Source of the DNA: Candidatus Heimdallarchaeota archaeon
GTDB taxonomy: Archaea; Asgardarchaeota; Heimdallarchaeia; Heimdallarchaeales; Heimdallarchaeaceae
NCBI GenBank assembly: GCA_030668875.1
Contig: DAOVER010000035.1
Location: 1-30,512 of the forward strand
DNA length: 30,512 nt
Reading direction: 5' to 3'
Both the position numbers and the translations under genes were made by a program. The notes below the pieces were generated by a model, which was not told the origin of the DNA, made no database searches, and saw only the letters and a list, made by a program, of their open reading frames with translations. Positions 1 to 7,314 of the stretch are shown here, piece after piece. Position 1 is the stretch's first letter. Each line of letters begins with the position of its first letter.

Positions 1-1
1 T

Positions 2-340
2 CAGTATCAATGTGTGAGGTCCTCCTTCAACCATTCTAGAAAGAGGAGTGTTTATCTTGTCAAGTATACAAATAACTGGAACTTCGTGTTCATAAGCATA
101 CATCAGTTCCATTCCTACACCATGTGAAGGTTCATTCACATCAGCAATGATAATACTAGATTGTTTTAACCAATTAAGATCCCTCTCGAAAATGGCTTTG
201 GATGGAGCATCATCCATCTTTCCTGGAACAAATGGATTATAACCTTGTCCTTGTGTGTATTTTATTAAATAATCCAATAGGGAGAAATCTAATTGTTGCG
301 CTTTGATCATTGAACAAGCAATGTACGCATTTTTTTCCAT
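2..340 (-). CDS. Nucleoside 2-deoxyribosyltransferase / deoxynucleoside 5'-monophosphate N-glycosidase (Rcl/DNPH1-like), partial, runs off the window's left edge
   Basis: Not in the ORF track. Manual translation from ATG at 340 is open to the edge: MEKNAYIACSMIK...AIFERDLNWLKQSSIIIADVNEPSHGVGMELMYAYEHEVPVICIL...LSRMVEG. This matches the family pattern (y.a.s..., RD..wl..sd..iA.v..pS.GvG.El, lS.MveG). Confidence 0.8.
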   Translation of the reverse strand, partial: MEKNAYIACSMIKAQQLDFSLLDYLIKYTQGQGYNPFVPGKMDDAPSKAIFERDLNWLKQSSIIIADVNEPSHGVGMELMYAYEHEVPVICILDKINTPLSRMVEGGPHTLIL

Positions 341-397
341 GATATATCTAACCTTTCACTTAACTTAGGATAAAAAAGTGTTATGAGCCGAAGCAAG

Positions 398-1867
398 TTA
401 TGCTGCTTCTTGTTCAGCCATCTTCTTAAGAACACCCAAAGCCCTTAATGCAATTGTTGTTTCTTCAATATTTGCTCCCCAAAGACCTCCTTTATCTTGA
501 ATTGCCAACAAATAAAGAGCAGCTTTTTTCAACAGCAATGAATCAGCTGTTTCACTTGGAGCTAATGCTTGAATGACATATCCTGTTGTTCCAATATTTC
601 CTGCCCATGAACCTTCAATGAATTGAGTCCCGCCAATAGCTTGAGTGAATTGCTGTCTTTTAGTTGGAGCTCTTCGTATATCATGTAAGGCAAGCATTAA
701 ACGGGCAAACATTTCAATAGGTGTTTTACCTGTTTGTGAGGTTGAGAATCTTGCATATCCTCGTTTTACTACAATTTCAATACAAGCTGAGAACAATGTT
801 GCTAATCTATCTAGCAACTTTATGTTTCCTGTTACATCAGCGACATAACTCATTGTTACATGTAGTGGAGTAGTTCTTGATCGTAAGTTTGGTGTAAATC
901 TATTTAATTTATTTATGAAATCCCATTCAGTATCCTCAAAAATAGAATTTCTGAACTCTTCGATATCATTTACCCTTTTATCGAATATTGTTGGGTCGTA
1001 CAAGCTTACCGCATACATAATGTAAAATTGTTCATATGACATTTCCAATGCTTCTACGGTTTCGACAATAGCTGATAAGTTCTCTATAGGTTTATGTAAG
1101 GTTACAGCTACTTTGCCTTCTTTTGTAGGTACAATCCATTCTGTATCAATATTGTACCCAAGGCTGAAGAAGAGTTCCAATACAGTAGCTGTTTCATATA
1201 TAGGGTTTATCTCACCCCAATACCCTTCTTCATTTATCCTTTTCTTCAAGGCATTGATTCCTTTGTCAAATGCTTTATCAATTGGTAAATCGCCTAATTT
1301 CTTTGATTTCAATGTTTCTTCAAGTTGAGAAAATTGGTACTCCAATCCAAATACCTCTGATCTTGCCACACGAGGATTGGCATATAGGAAATAAGCTGTT
1401 TCTATTACACTTAATAAGAAAAGTAAAACGATAAGAGCAATGTTTAAACCGTTTATTTCTTTTAGAGCATAGAGACCTGGAATTGTTGCATATAGTATAA
1501 TTACAATTAGAGAAGTGATACTCATTATTGCTAAAAATTTGTTCGTATTTTCCCCAAAGATGTCTAAATGATAGTGTGCTTCAATATAACTCAAAATAAG
1601 CGCAATCTCCACAAATAAGCCTATTGGAAAAAGTATGTATTTACCTGCAGGTGAGAATGCATACTGTGATTCGTCAGGACGTGTTAAAACGAATAAATAC
1701 ACAAAAGTAATAGCGAAAATTGTCATTCCAAATAATACTGTTTCGAAAAATCTTCTAATTCCGATTTTTTGACCAAATTTTAAAACTCTAGTGTAAATAC
1801 GATATGTCTCATAGGTCATTAGAAAAAATATTCTTTTCAAGATATAAAAAAATTGCTGATAAAACAA
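398..1867 (-). CDS. Multi-pass membrane protein with C-terminal alpha/alpha-toroid (prenyltransferase/squalene-cyclase QW-type) repeats
   Basis: About 4 hydrophobic helices in the first ~165 aa. The C-terminal helical region has QFIEGSW (nt 605-625), QDKGGLW (nt 479-499) and the degenerate INEEGYW, each followed by a T..a(l/v)..L helix. Start is TTG 1867 or ATG 1819. Confidence 0.6.
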   Translation of the reverse strand: MFYQQFFYILKRIFFLMTYETYRIYTRVLKFGQKIGIRRFFETVLFGMTIFAITFVYLFVLTRPDESQYAFSPAGKYILFPIGLFVEIALILSYIEAHYHLDIFGENTNKFLAIMSITSLIVIILYATIPGLYALKEINGLNIALIVLLFLLSVIETAYFLYANPRVARSEVFGLEYQFSQLEETLKSKKLGDLPIDKAFDKGINALKKRINEEGYWGEINPIYETATVLELFFSLGYNIDTEWIVPTKEGKVAVTLHKPIENLSAIVETVEALEMSYEQFYIMYAVSLYDPTIFDKRVNDIEEFRNSIFEDTEWDFINKLNRFTPNLRSRTTPLHVTMSYVADVTGNIKLLDRLATLFSACIEIVVKRGYARFSTSQTGKTPIEMFARLMLALHDIRRAPTKRQQFTQAIGGTQFIEGSWAGNIGTTGYVIQALAPSETADSLLLKKAALYLLAIQDKGGLWGANIEETTIALRALGVLKKMAEQEAA

Positions 1868-1873
1868 TAGTTT

Positions 1874-2215
1874 TTATGCTATAATAACACCAATAATGAT
1901 AACAATTATAGCAATTACTGTAATTGTCACCATTATCCATATCCAGTCATTGAATAATTTGGCAACTGATGCAGGATCTTCTCTTTTTCTCATTCTTGTA
2001 AAAGCTGCTACTCCTGAAACAATCACTGGATAAAGTATGAAAACAATATTTACAACATTGAATTTGCCACTAAGATACACGGTAATGAGTGAAACTATGA
2101 ATAATCCAAAACCAGTTATTGATATTAAATCCAATATTTTATCGCTGAGTTCAATCTTTCCGTATTCCTTTTTGATGTTACTAAATGTATCGCGTATTGT
2201 TTGTTTAATACTCAT
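1874..2215 (-). CDS. Small membrane protein (3 predicted TM helices), function unknown
   Basis: 113-aa ORF with three hydrophobic stretches. It ends 6 nt before the next minus-strand ORF, and a TATA-like element lies upstream. Confidence 0.7.
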   Translation of the reverse strand: MSIKQTIRDTFSNIKKEYGKIELSDKILDLISITGFGLFIVSLITVYLSGKFNVVNIVFILYPVIVSGVAAFTRMRKREDPASVAKLFNDWIWIMVTITVIAIIVIIIGVIIA

Positions 2216-2289
2216 GATAGTTACCCTGATTTGGCTTTCGTTCTTATGACGGAAAATCTATTTATAAGCGTTTTTGTTTCTAATCAAAA

Positions 2290-2664
2290 TTATTTTTGAA
2301 TTGACTCGATTCTAACTCCTGAAGATCTTTCAATTTTCTCAATCAACTTCATATTCTTGGTGATGAATCCAATATTTGCAACCTTTAGATCAAATCTTGT
2401 GTCTGCTAACAATATAACAACTGCTTTTGATCGTGGATCGAAAATTATGTCCCCTTTCTTACCTAAACTAACAGGTTTTTCAGCTGTATAATAAAAAGTA
2501 ACGGGAATTATGAAAAGATTCTCTCTCTTCAATGCTCTCGAGTTAACAGGTAAGTTTCTATTGAAGATTTCAGTTAAGTGTGGACCTTTAACTCGAATAA
2601 GTTCTCCTTCAGATTCTCCCTTGTTTGGAAAAATGAATTTGATTTTATACAATTCACCAGTCAT
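2290..2664 (-). CDS. Cyclophilin-like fold protein (archaeal DUF369/TM1367 type)
   Basis: 124 aa with LPV.s.a....n..iiPv and KGDIIFDPRSKAVVILL, resembling the GDi.ywp....l.if pattern of this family. Confidence 0.55.
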   Translation of the reverse strand: MTGELYKIKFIFPNKGESEGELIRVKGPHLTEIFNRNLPVNSRALKRENLFIIPVTFYYTAEKPVSLGKKGDIIFDPRSKAVVILLADTRFDLKVANIGFITKNMKLIEKIERSSGVRIESIQK

Positions 2665-2825
2665 TGCGTTTAGAAAAAACCACCCATATTTATATCTATC
2701 TCATGAAAAAAAAATTTGCCAAGGCATAACTTCCTAATATTTCTCGGAATTGGCTTAATTTTCTTGAAAAAAAACATATATTAATGGGTCTGTACAAGAT
2801 AAATATATACTATTTGTACTGAAAG

Positions 2826-3029
2826 GTGAAAGAAGTGTCAAGATACATCACTCCTAAAATGGATCCAAAGGAATTATTGTTAGTTTCAGAGGAGGAATCG
2901 GAAATAAAATGTGGAAAATGTGGGAAACCAATGAAGTATACTGTATTTTACAAAGACAAAGAATCCCATGATTTTCTGGTTTGCAGTGATTGCGAAATAT
3001 ACCTTCAACGAATAATTGATGAAGATTAA
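2826..3029 (+). CDS. Small zinc-ribbon protein (CxxC...CxxC)
   Basis: 67 aa with CGKC and CSDC pairs about 20 aa apart. GTG start, preceded by AT-rich TATA-like sequence. Confidence 0.6.
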   Translation: MKEVSRYITPKMDPKELLLVSEEESEIKCGKCGKPMKYTVFYKDKESHDFLVCSDCEIYLQRIIDED

Positions 3030-3127
3030 ATGCTATATTTCTAATAAATTTTTAATATCTTGAAAATTACGTAGGAAGGGAAAAATTAAATAATTATGTA
3101 AAAAAGAAGGGTTGTGGAAGCACAAAT

Positions 3128-3234
3128 AGCTCTGTAGTCTAGCGGTCAAGGATACGGGACTCTGAATCCTGAGACGGGTGTTCAAAACTGTTTAAATTGC
3201 GGTTTTAGCAGAGAATTTCACCCCAGGGCTACCA
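3128..3234 (+). tRNA. tRNA-Gln (anticodon CTG) with a 31-nt intron in the T-loop (position 59/60) and encoded CCA
   Basis: Acceptor stem AGCTCTG/CAGGGCT (A1-U72, typical of archaeal tRNA-Gln), D stem GTCT/GGAT, anticodon arm CGGGA-CTCTGAA-TCCTG (CTG at 3162-3164), T stem GGGTG/CACCC, discriminator A, CCA at 3232-3234. Removing 3187-3217 restores the T-loop TTCAAAT. Confidence 0.93.
3187..3217 (+). other. tRNA intron with relaxed bulge-helix-bulge motif
   Basis: Outer helix GGGTG/CACCC, central helix TTCA/AGAA (3 bp plus an A.A mismatch), bulges AAA and TTT, inner helix CTG/CAG. Cutting after the second nt of each bulge gives the 59/60 junction. Confidence 0.85.
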
Positions 3235-3301
3235 CTCTTATTTTTCTTCTTACAATTGACTTAAGCTTTCAGAATTTGTCTCAAAGAATAATTTACGGAT
3301 T

Positions 3302-3316
3302 AAGAAAATTTATTAA
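3302..3316 (+). promoter_or_regulatory. Putative archaeal BRE/TATA promoter
   Basis: AAGAAAA followed by TTTATTAA. The same AAGAAAA-TTTA arrangement occurs upstream of alba (8421-8434). Confidence 0.45.
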
Positions 3317-3360
3317 TGCATCTTTACCTCTTTCTCCTAATAAGGAGGTGTCATAGACAA

Positions 3361-3441
3361 ATGAATGCTGGAATAGAAAAACTAGAACTTTCAATTGTTT
3401 TCAAATCAACTGTCACAATGGCACCTGAATCACTAAGCTGA
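3361..3441 (+). CDS. Candidate 26-aa small ORF (MNAGIEKLELSIVFKSTVTMAPESLS)
   Basis: Strong Shine-Dalgarno GGAGGTG at 3344-3350, 10 nt before ATG 3361. A BRE/TATA lies upstream and a pyrimidine-rich tract downstream. No recognisable homology. Confidence 0.35.
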   Translation: MNAGIEKLELSIVFKSTVTMAPESLS

Positions 3442-3532
3442 TTTTCTTTTCCATTCCTTTGCTACTTCTTTTGATGTTTTAGTTTACATTTCTTTCTTTT
3501 GTCTATCTCCTCTTTGTGGAAGTGAAACAAAA

Positions 3533-4321
3533 GTGTTAAACGAAAAATATTGGAATAAACGAGAACAAAATGAAGAAATTCACGAGTTATCTGAACAAGA
3601 AGCTTTAGCGGAGGCTATCGAGAATAATCTTCTAGTTGAAGCTCGTCAGATTATAGGACAAGGAAAAGAAGCTTTTGTCTGTTGGGGTAAAGATCATTTA
3701 GATAGGTTAGTTGCTATTAAAAGTTACAAGCTCTTCAGAACTACACATAGAGGGGTTATACATGGATCACATCGTACTTCCCCCTATGAAGTCATAAAAC
3801 AATTCGCAAAGCTTGAATATTTCAAAAATCTCTATGCCTTCGAAGCTAAACTTCCTGTACCTCAACCATACAAATGGGCTGGGTATAGTTATTCAATGGA
3901 GTTAATCGGAAGTGAAGAAGGACCAGCTCCGTTGCTCGCTGACTTGAATAAAAATTTCTTTGATGATCCTTCTGAAATTCTAGAACGATGTGTAGATGTT
4001 CTGCATGACATGTTTCAAGCACAATTTGTACATGGTGATTTCAGCGAACATAACATTCTTTGGCACAAAGGAGAAATTTATGTGATTGATTTTCTTCAAT
4101 CAAAGAGGTTTGCTCTAAAAGATGCTGTTCATAGAAGTTCCCCCATTATACCTTTGACAAGAGCTTATAGAATTCTTAGAAGAGATTTAAAGGCTTTTCT
4201 CCCATTCTTCTCAAGATTGTTCCGAGTCGAAGTAAATTTTGAGGAAGTTCTGGATTATATCTTGGGAGATATTAAGGATGAAGTGGACAGAGAACTTGAA
4301 TTAATCAACGAGGTTCCATAA
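3533..4321 (+). CDS. RIO-family serine/threonine kinase (Rio1-like)
   Basis: IGQGKEAFV (P-loop), VAIKSYK, VHGDFSEHNIL (catalytic loop), IDFLQS (metal-binding loop). Confidence 0.9.
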   Translation: MLNEKYWNKREQNEEIHELSEQEALAEAIENNLLVEARQIIGQGKEAFVCWGKDHLDRLVAIKSYKLFRTTHRGVIHGSHRTSPYEVIKQFAKLEYFKNLYAFEAKLPVPQPYKWAGYSYSMELIGSEEGPAPLLADLNKNFFDDPSEILERCVDVLHDMFQAQFVHGDFSEHNILWHKGEIYVIDFLQSKRFALKDAVHRSSPIIPLTRAYRILRRDLKAFLPFFSRLFRVEVNFEEVLDYILGDIKDEVDRELELINEVP

Positions 4322-4332
4322 AATTAGATATA

Positions 4333-4356
4333 GGGAAGTTTCTTCCCATTTTTTTT
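4333..4356 (+). terminator. Hairpin plus T-tract terminator after the RIO kinase gene
   Basis: GGGAAG-TTT-CTTCCC (6-bp stem) followed by A and T8, between convergent genes. Confidence 0.5.
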
Positions 4357-5050
4357 AAAAATATTTCTGAATTATTTTTCCAACAGTTTCTAGACCATAA
4401 TTATCCATGAGAGCATTAAATTCTTCTTGCACTTCTTGTATCATCTCAATAGCTAAATCGCGTTTTTCAGGAAAAGAACTAAAATAAAACTTTGCTATCA
4501 TCAATCTTGTCCAAGTATCAATATCCTTCTCAGTAGGTTCTTCTATTGCTTGTTTAGCAGTATCTTCTAGAGTTCCCAGAGCCTTATCAACATCACCCTT
4601 AATGAACTCACTAATCCCTACTAACCATTTTGCCCACAACATTGGTCCTTTTTCACCAATTTTCTTGCGGATTTCATAATCTTTGACTGCAGCAAAATAA
4701 CCCGGTTCAATTAATCTCTCATCTACACCATCATCCATATTGGGGAAACAGAATGAAGCTTGGTTATGATATAAAATCCCTGCTGTGAGTTTGTTTTCCA
4801 TTTCAAGTGCTCTATTAACTGCAATTTCTGTAAATTCTATTATTTCATCTATGGTTTCTATCTGCTTTCCAACAGGGGGATATCCTCCACCTATTTCCTT
4901 TAGTTGAATTTGAATACTTATCAGAGCTTTTGGAAGCTGAATATCTTTCTCTAAGTTGTCTGAAATGAACTTTATAATATTATCTTTTTCATTATTGTGA
5001 ATCATTTTTAGAACAATTTTTGCTAGTTCTTTTATTTTCATCTTACTCAA
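4355..5050 (-). CDS. Hypothetical all-helical protein, possibly TPR-like
   Basis: 231-aa ORF with helix-turn-helix-like repeats (WLVGISEFIKGDVDKALGTLED; LMIAKFYF...RDLAIEMIQEV). Confidence 0.6.
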   Translation of the reverse strand: MSKMKIKELAKIVLKMIHNNEKDNIIKFISDNLEKDIQLPKALISIQIQLKEIGGGYPPVGKQIETIDEIIEFTEIAVNRALEMENKLTAGILYHNQASFCFPNMDDGVDERLIEPGYFAAVKDYEIRKKIGEKGPMLWAKWLVGISEFIKGDVDKALGTLEDTAKQAIEEPTEKDIDTWTRLMIAKFYFSSFPEKRDLAIEMIQEVQEEFNALMDNYGLETVGKIIQKYF

Positions 5051-5101
5051 TGAAAATCAGCTGTAATCAAATATATAAGTACTGTTTTCACACAAATAAG
5101 C

Positions 5102-5923
5102 TCATAGGAACCAGTAGTATAAAGCAAATAGAATATTCCCAAGAAAGATGTTTAGAATATATCCTAATAAGAGAAATACTATCCCTGGAGGAAGTACTTT
5201 CACCCAAATATTCTTTCTTTTTGTCTTTTCGATTTTTTCTTCAACTTCTTGCTTATACTTTTCTTCCTCTTCAATCTCAGGGACTTGCATAAAATGCTTG
5301 ATTTCCCATTCTTCATCTTCCTCATTATAAACTTCAGAATAAACAATATCTGTTCTATTCTTAGCTTTTTCTACTGGTATAAGATAACCAGAGATCATCA
5401 TCAAAAATTTACTAGCGAAATTTGCATTAGTGTTCTCAAATAATTTTTGTTTCTTAATTTTCAGATAGATATTGTAGAAGAGTAACGGTAGAGGATAGAT
5501 TAAAACAAGTGTTAGAAGCCAGTTAAAGAAAGTGTTGAAGATTGGTGGTACATAAAGCAACGTATAAACATCCAAATTGGTTAAATCGTATATGAAAGGA
5601 TAAATTGCAGTATTAAGTGATAGGGCCATAATAGCTTTTGCATCAGCTCCACCCATCATTCCAGTATAATACAAAACAAGCCCTATTGCAATACCTACAG
5701 CAAAATTGATTCCGATCCTAAGTCCATCAGACCCCTTATTTTCAGAAAAAACAATGTAAATAATTGTTGTTATCAAACCTACTACAGCCATAATAATCCA
5801 AGGTATGTCAGATACTTCCCTTTTCCTTAAATCCATATATGAACCAAACAATAGGCAAAGAATCACAGTTCCCATTTGTATAAGCAGCATTATGAATGTT
5901 GTAATTTCAGCCATAAGTATCAC
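5102..5923 (-). CDS. Prepilin/preflagellin peptidase, family A24 (FlaK/PibD-like)
   Basis: Multi-TM protein with both catalytic aspartate motifs, SYMDLRKREV and MGGADAKAIM. The C-terminal WVKVLPPGIVFLLLGY resembles the FlaK C-terminus. Confidence 0.85.
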   Translation of the reverse strand: MILMAEITTFIMLLIQMGTVILCLLFGSYMDLRKREVSDIPWIIMAVVGLITTIIYIVFSENKGSDGLRIGINFAVGIAIGLVLYYTGMMGGADAKAIMALSLNTAIYPFIYDLTNLDVYTLLYVPPIFNTFFNWLLTLVLIYPLPLLFYNIYLKIKKQKLFENTNANFASKFLMMISGYLIPVEKAKNRTDIVYSEVYNEEDEEWEIKHFMQVPEIEEEEKYKQEVEEKIEKTKRKNIWVKVLPPGIVFLLLGYILNIFLGNILFALYYWFL

Positions 5924-6066
5924 TTGTTCCTTACTGTGGTATATCTATCACATTCTCTCTCTTTTATAGATTTTGCGTATAGGTAAGATTGAGATGTAAT
6001 GTAGCAAGATTAATATTCTCTTATTTAGATTCTAAAAATGTAAAACATCTCCTTGAGGGCTACAAT

Positions 6067-6858
6067 TTGAACAACAATAATTTTGAACAACTACCTTTAG
6101 CTCCTATTAATTCTATTGTTAAAAAATTGAACTTGGTTGTAGGAAACAAAATGATCCTTATTGCTGGTAGATGTAAAGCAATTTTTGATGGAAGAATAAA
6201 ATCAACTCTAGCAGAGGGAGATAGATTTCTTATGATTAAGAAAGATCTTTCTATCGTTTTGCACGGACCTATAGGCGTAAAACCTCTTAATTGGCAAAAA
6301 CCATTAGCTGGACCAATTGAGTTCAAAATTTCTGATTCTTTATTAGAGATGGTTACACATCGAACAAAAACAAAGGAGACTTTGATAATTACTTTCACCA
6401 ATTTAACAAATGTTTCAACATGGCATGCAACAGATGAATCTGAGTTGGAAATATATGGTGACGAAAGTGACCTTGTAAAGTTTCTCGTAGCTAATCCAGA
6501 TATGATCGAGAAAGGTTTTCAAATATTACGCACTGAATATGGTACAGATGTTGGACCTGTAGATATAAGGGGAATGAGTGAAAGTGGAGAGGCAATAGTA
6601 GAAGTGAAGAAAAGGAATGCTACACCAGCAAATGCTCATCAGCTTAAAAGGTATATAGAATACTTTGAAAACACAGAAAAAAAATCTGTGAGAGGAATAT
6701 TAGTAGCTCAAGAGTTCCCTAAGAAAGTTTTAGAATATTTGGAAAAAAATAATCTCGAAGCAAAAATAATTCATTGGAAAGAAATTTTCCCGATGATTAA
6801 AAGACCAAAAAGTGCTAAATTAGAAGACTTTTTTGATAAAAAAAATGAACGAGCATAG
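6067..6858 (+). CDS. nucS: Mismatch-specific endonuclease NucS/EndoMS
   Basis: AGRC...FDGRIKSTLAEGDRFLMIKKD.S...H...PLNWQ, ESDL...NPDMIEKGF, GPVDI, VEVKKR, QLKRY. The TTG at 6067 (SD GAGGG at 6055-6059) gives a more typical length than the ORF-track start at 5989. Confidence 0.92.
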   Translation: MNNNNFEQLPLAPINSIVKKLNLVVGNKMILIAGRCKAIFDGRIKSTLAEGDRFLMIKKDLSIVLHGPIGVKPLNWQKPLAGPIEFKISDSLLEMVTHRTKTKETLIITFTNLTNVSTWHATDESELEIYGDESDLVKFLVANPDMIEKGFQILRTEYGTDVGPVDIRGMSESGEAIVEVKKRNATPANAHQLKRYIEYFENTEKKSVRGILVAQEFPKKVLEYLEKNNLEAKIIHWKEIFPMIKRPKSAKLEDFFDKKNERA

Positions 6859-6870
6859 ATTCTAATTTCT

Positions 6871-7197
6871 CTATTGCGCGGGAGCACAAGGAGCTTCTGG
6901 AAGAACTGCCCAAAGAATAAGGTAAGCTATCCCCATGGTAGAACCAGTCAAAAAGAATATTAGCACCGCAAGCAAACGAGTTGTACTTGTATCCATGTTG
7001 AGTTGCCTTCCAATACCGGCACATACTCCACCTAATACTCTATCATTTGTACATCTAACTAGTTCCTTCCTTGGTTGTTGAGGGGGCACTTGTTGATTCT
7101 GTGCCTTTGCAGATGGTACGGATTCTAAATCAGCACCACATTTTCCACAAAACCTTCCATGTTCAACATTTTCTGTTCCACAATTATAGCATTTCAT
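6871..7197 (-). CDS. Zinc-ribbon plus PspC-domain membrane protein
   Basis: CYNC...CGKC zinc ribbon, a Q/P linker, then LVRCTNDRVLGGVCAGIG...RLL...YLILWAVLP (PspC signature). Confidence 0.85.
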   Translation of the reverse strand: MKCYNCGTENVEHGRFCGKCGADLESVPSAKAQNQQVPPQQPRKELVRCTNDRVLGGVCAGIGRQLNMDTSTTRLLAVLIFFLTGSTMGIAYLILWAVLPEAPCAPAQ

Positions 7198-7314
7198 GTA
7201 ATCTCATCGAACAAATAACAAAACTAGTTTTAAAACATATTCATTTCATTTTTAATGGAGAAAGACTGTGAAACAGATTAATTTTATATACTACTTTTTA
7301 TTCAAGATGAAAAT

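Noticed and set aside
398-1867. Calling this a squalene-hopene or oxidosqualene cyclase
   Set aside because: No DxDD/DCTAE catalytic motif, too short for the two-barrel enzyme, and it has an N-terminal TM bundle that those enzymes lack.
3128-3530. tRNA as a possible integration site for a mobile element
   Set aside because: No integrase or transposase, no duplicated tRNA 3' end and no obvious compositional shift were seen in the window.
5989-6066. Apparent N-terminal extension on NucS (similar cases: SDR 11648-11761, P-type ATPase 15423-15500)
   Set aside because: These come from taking the most upstream alternative start codon. Downstream starts fit family lengths better, and the extensions overlap promoter regions or a neighbouring gene.
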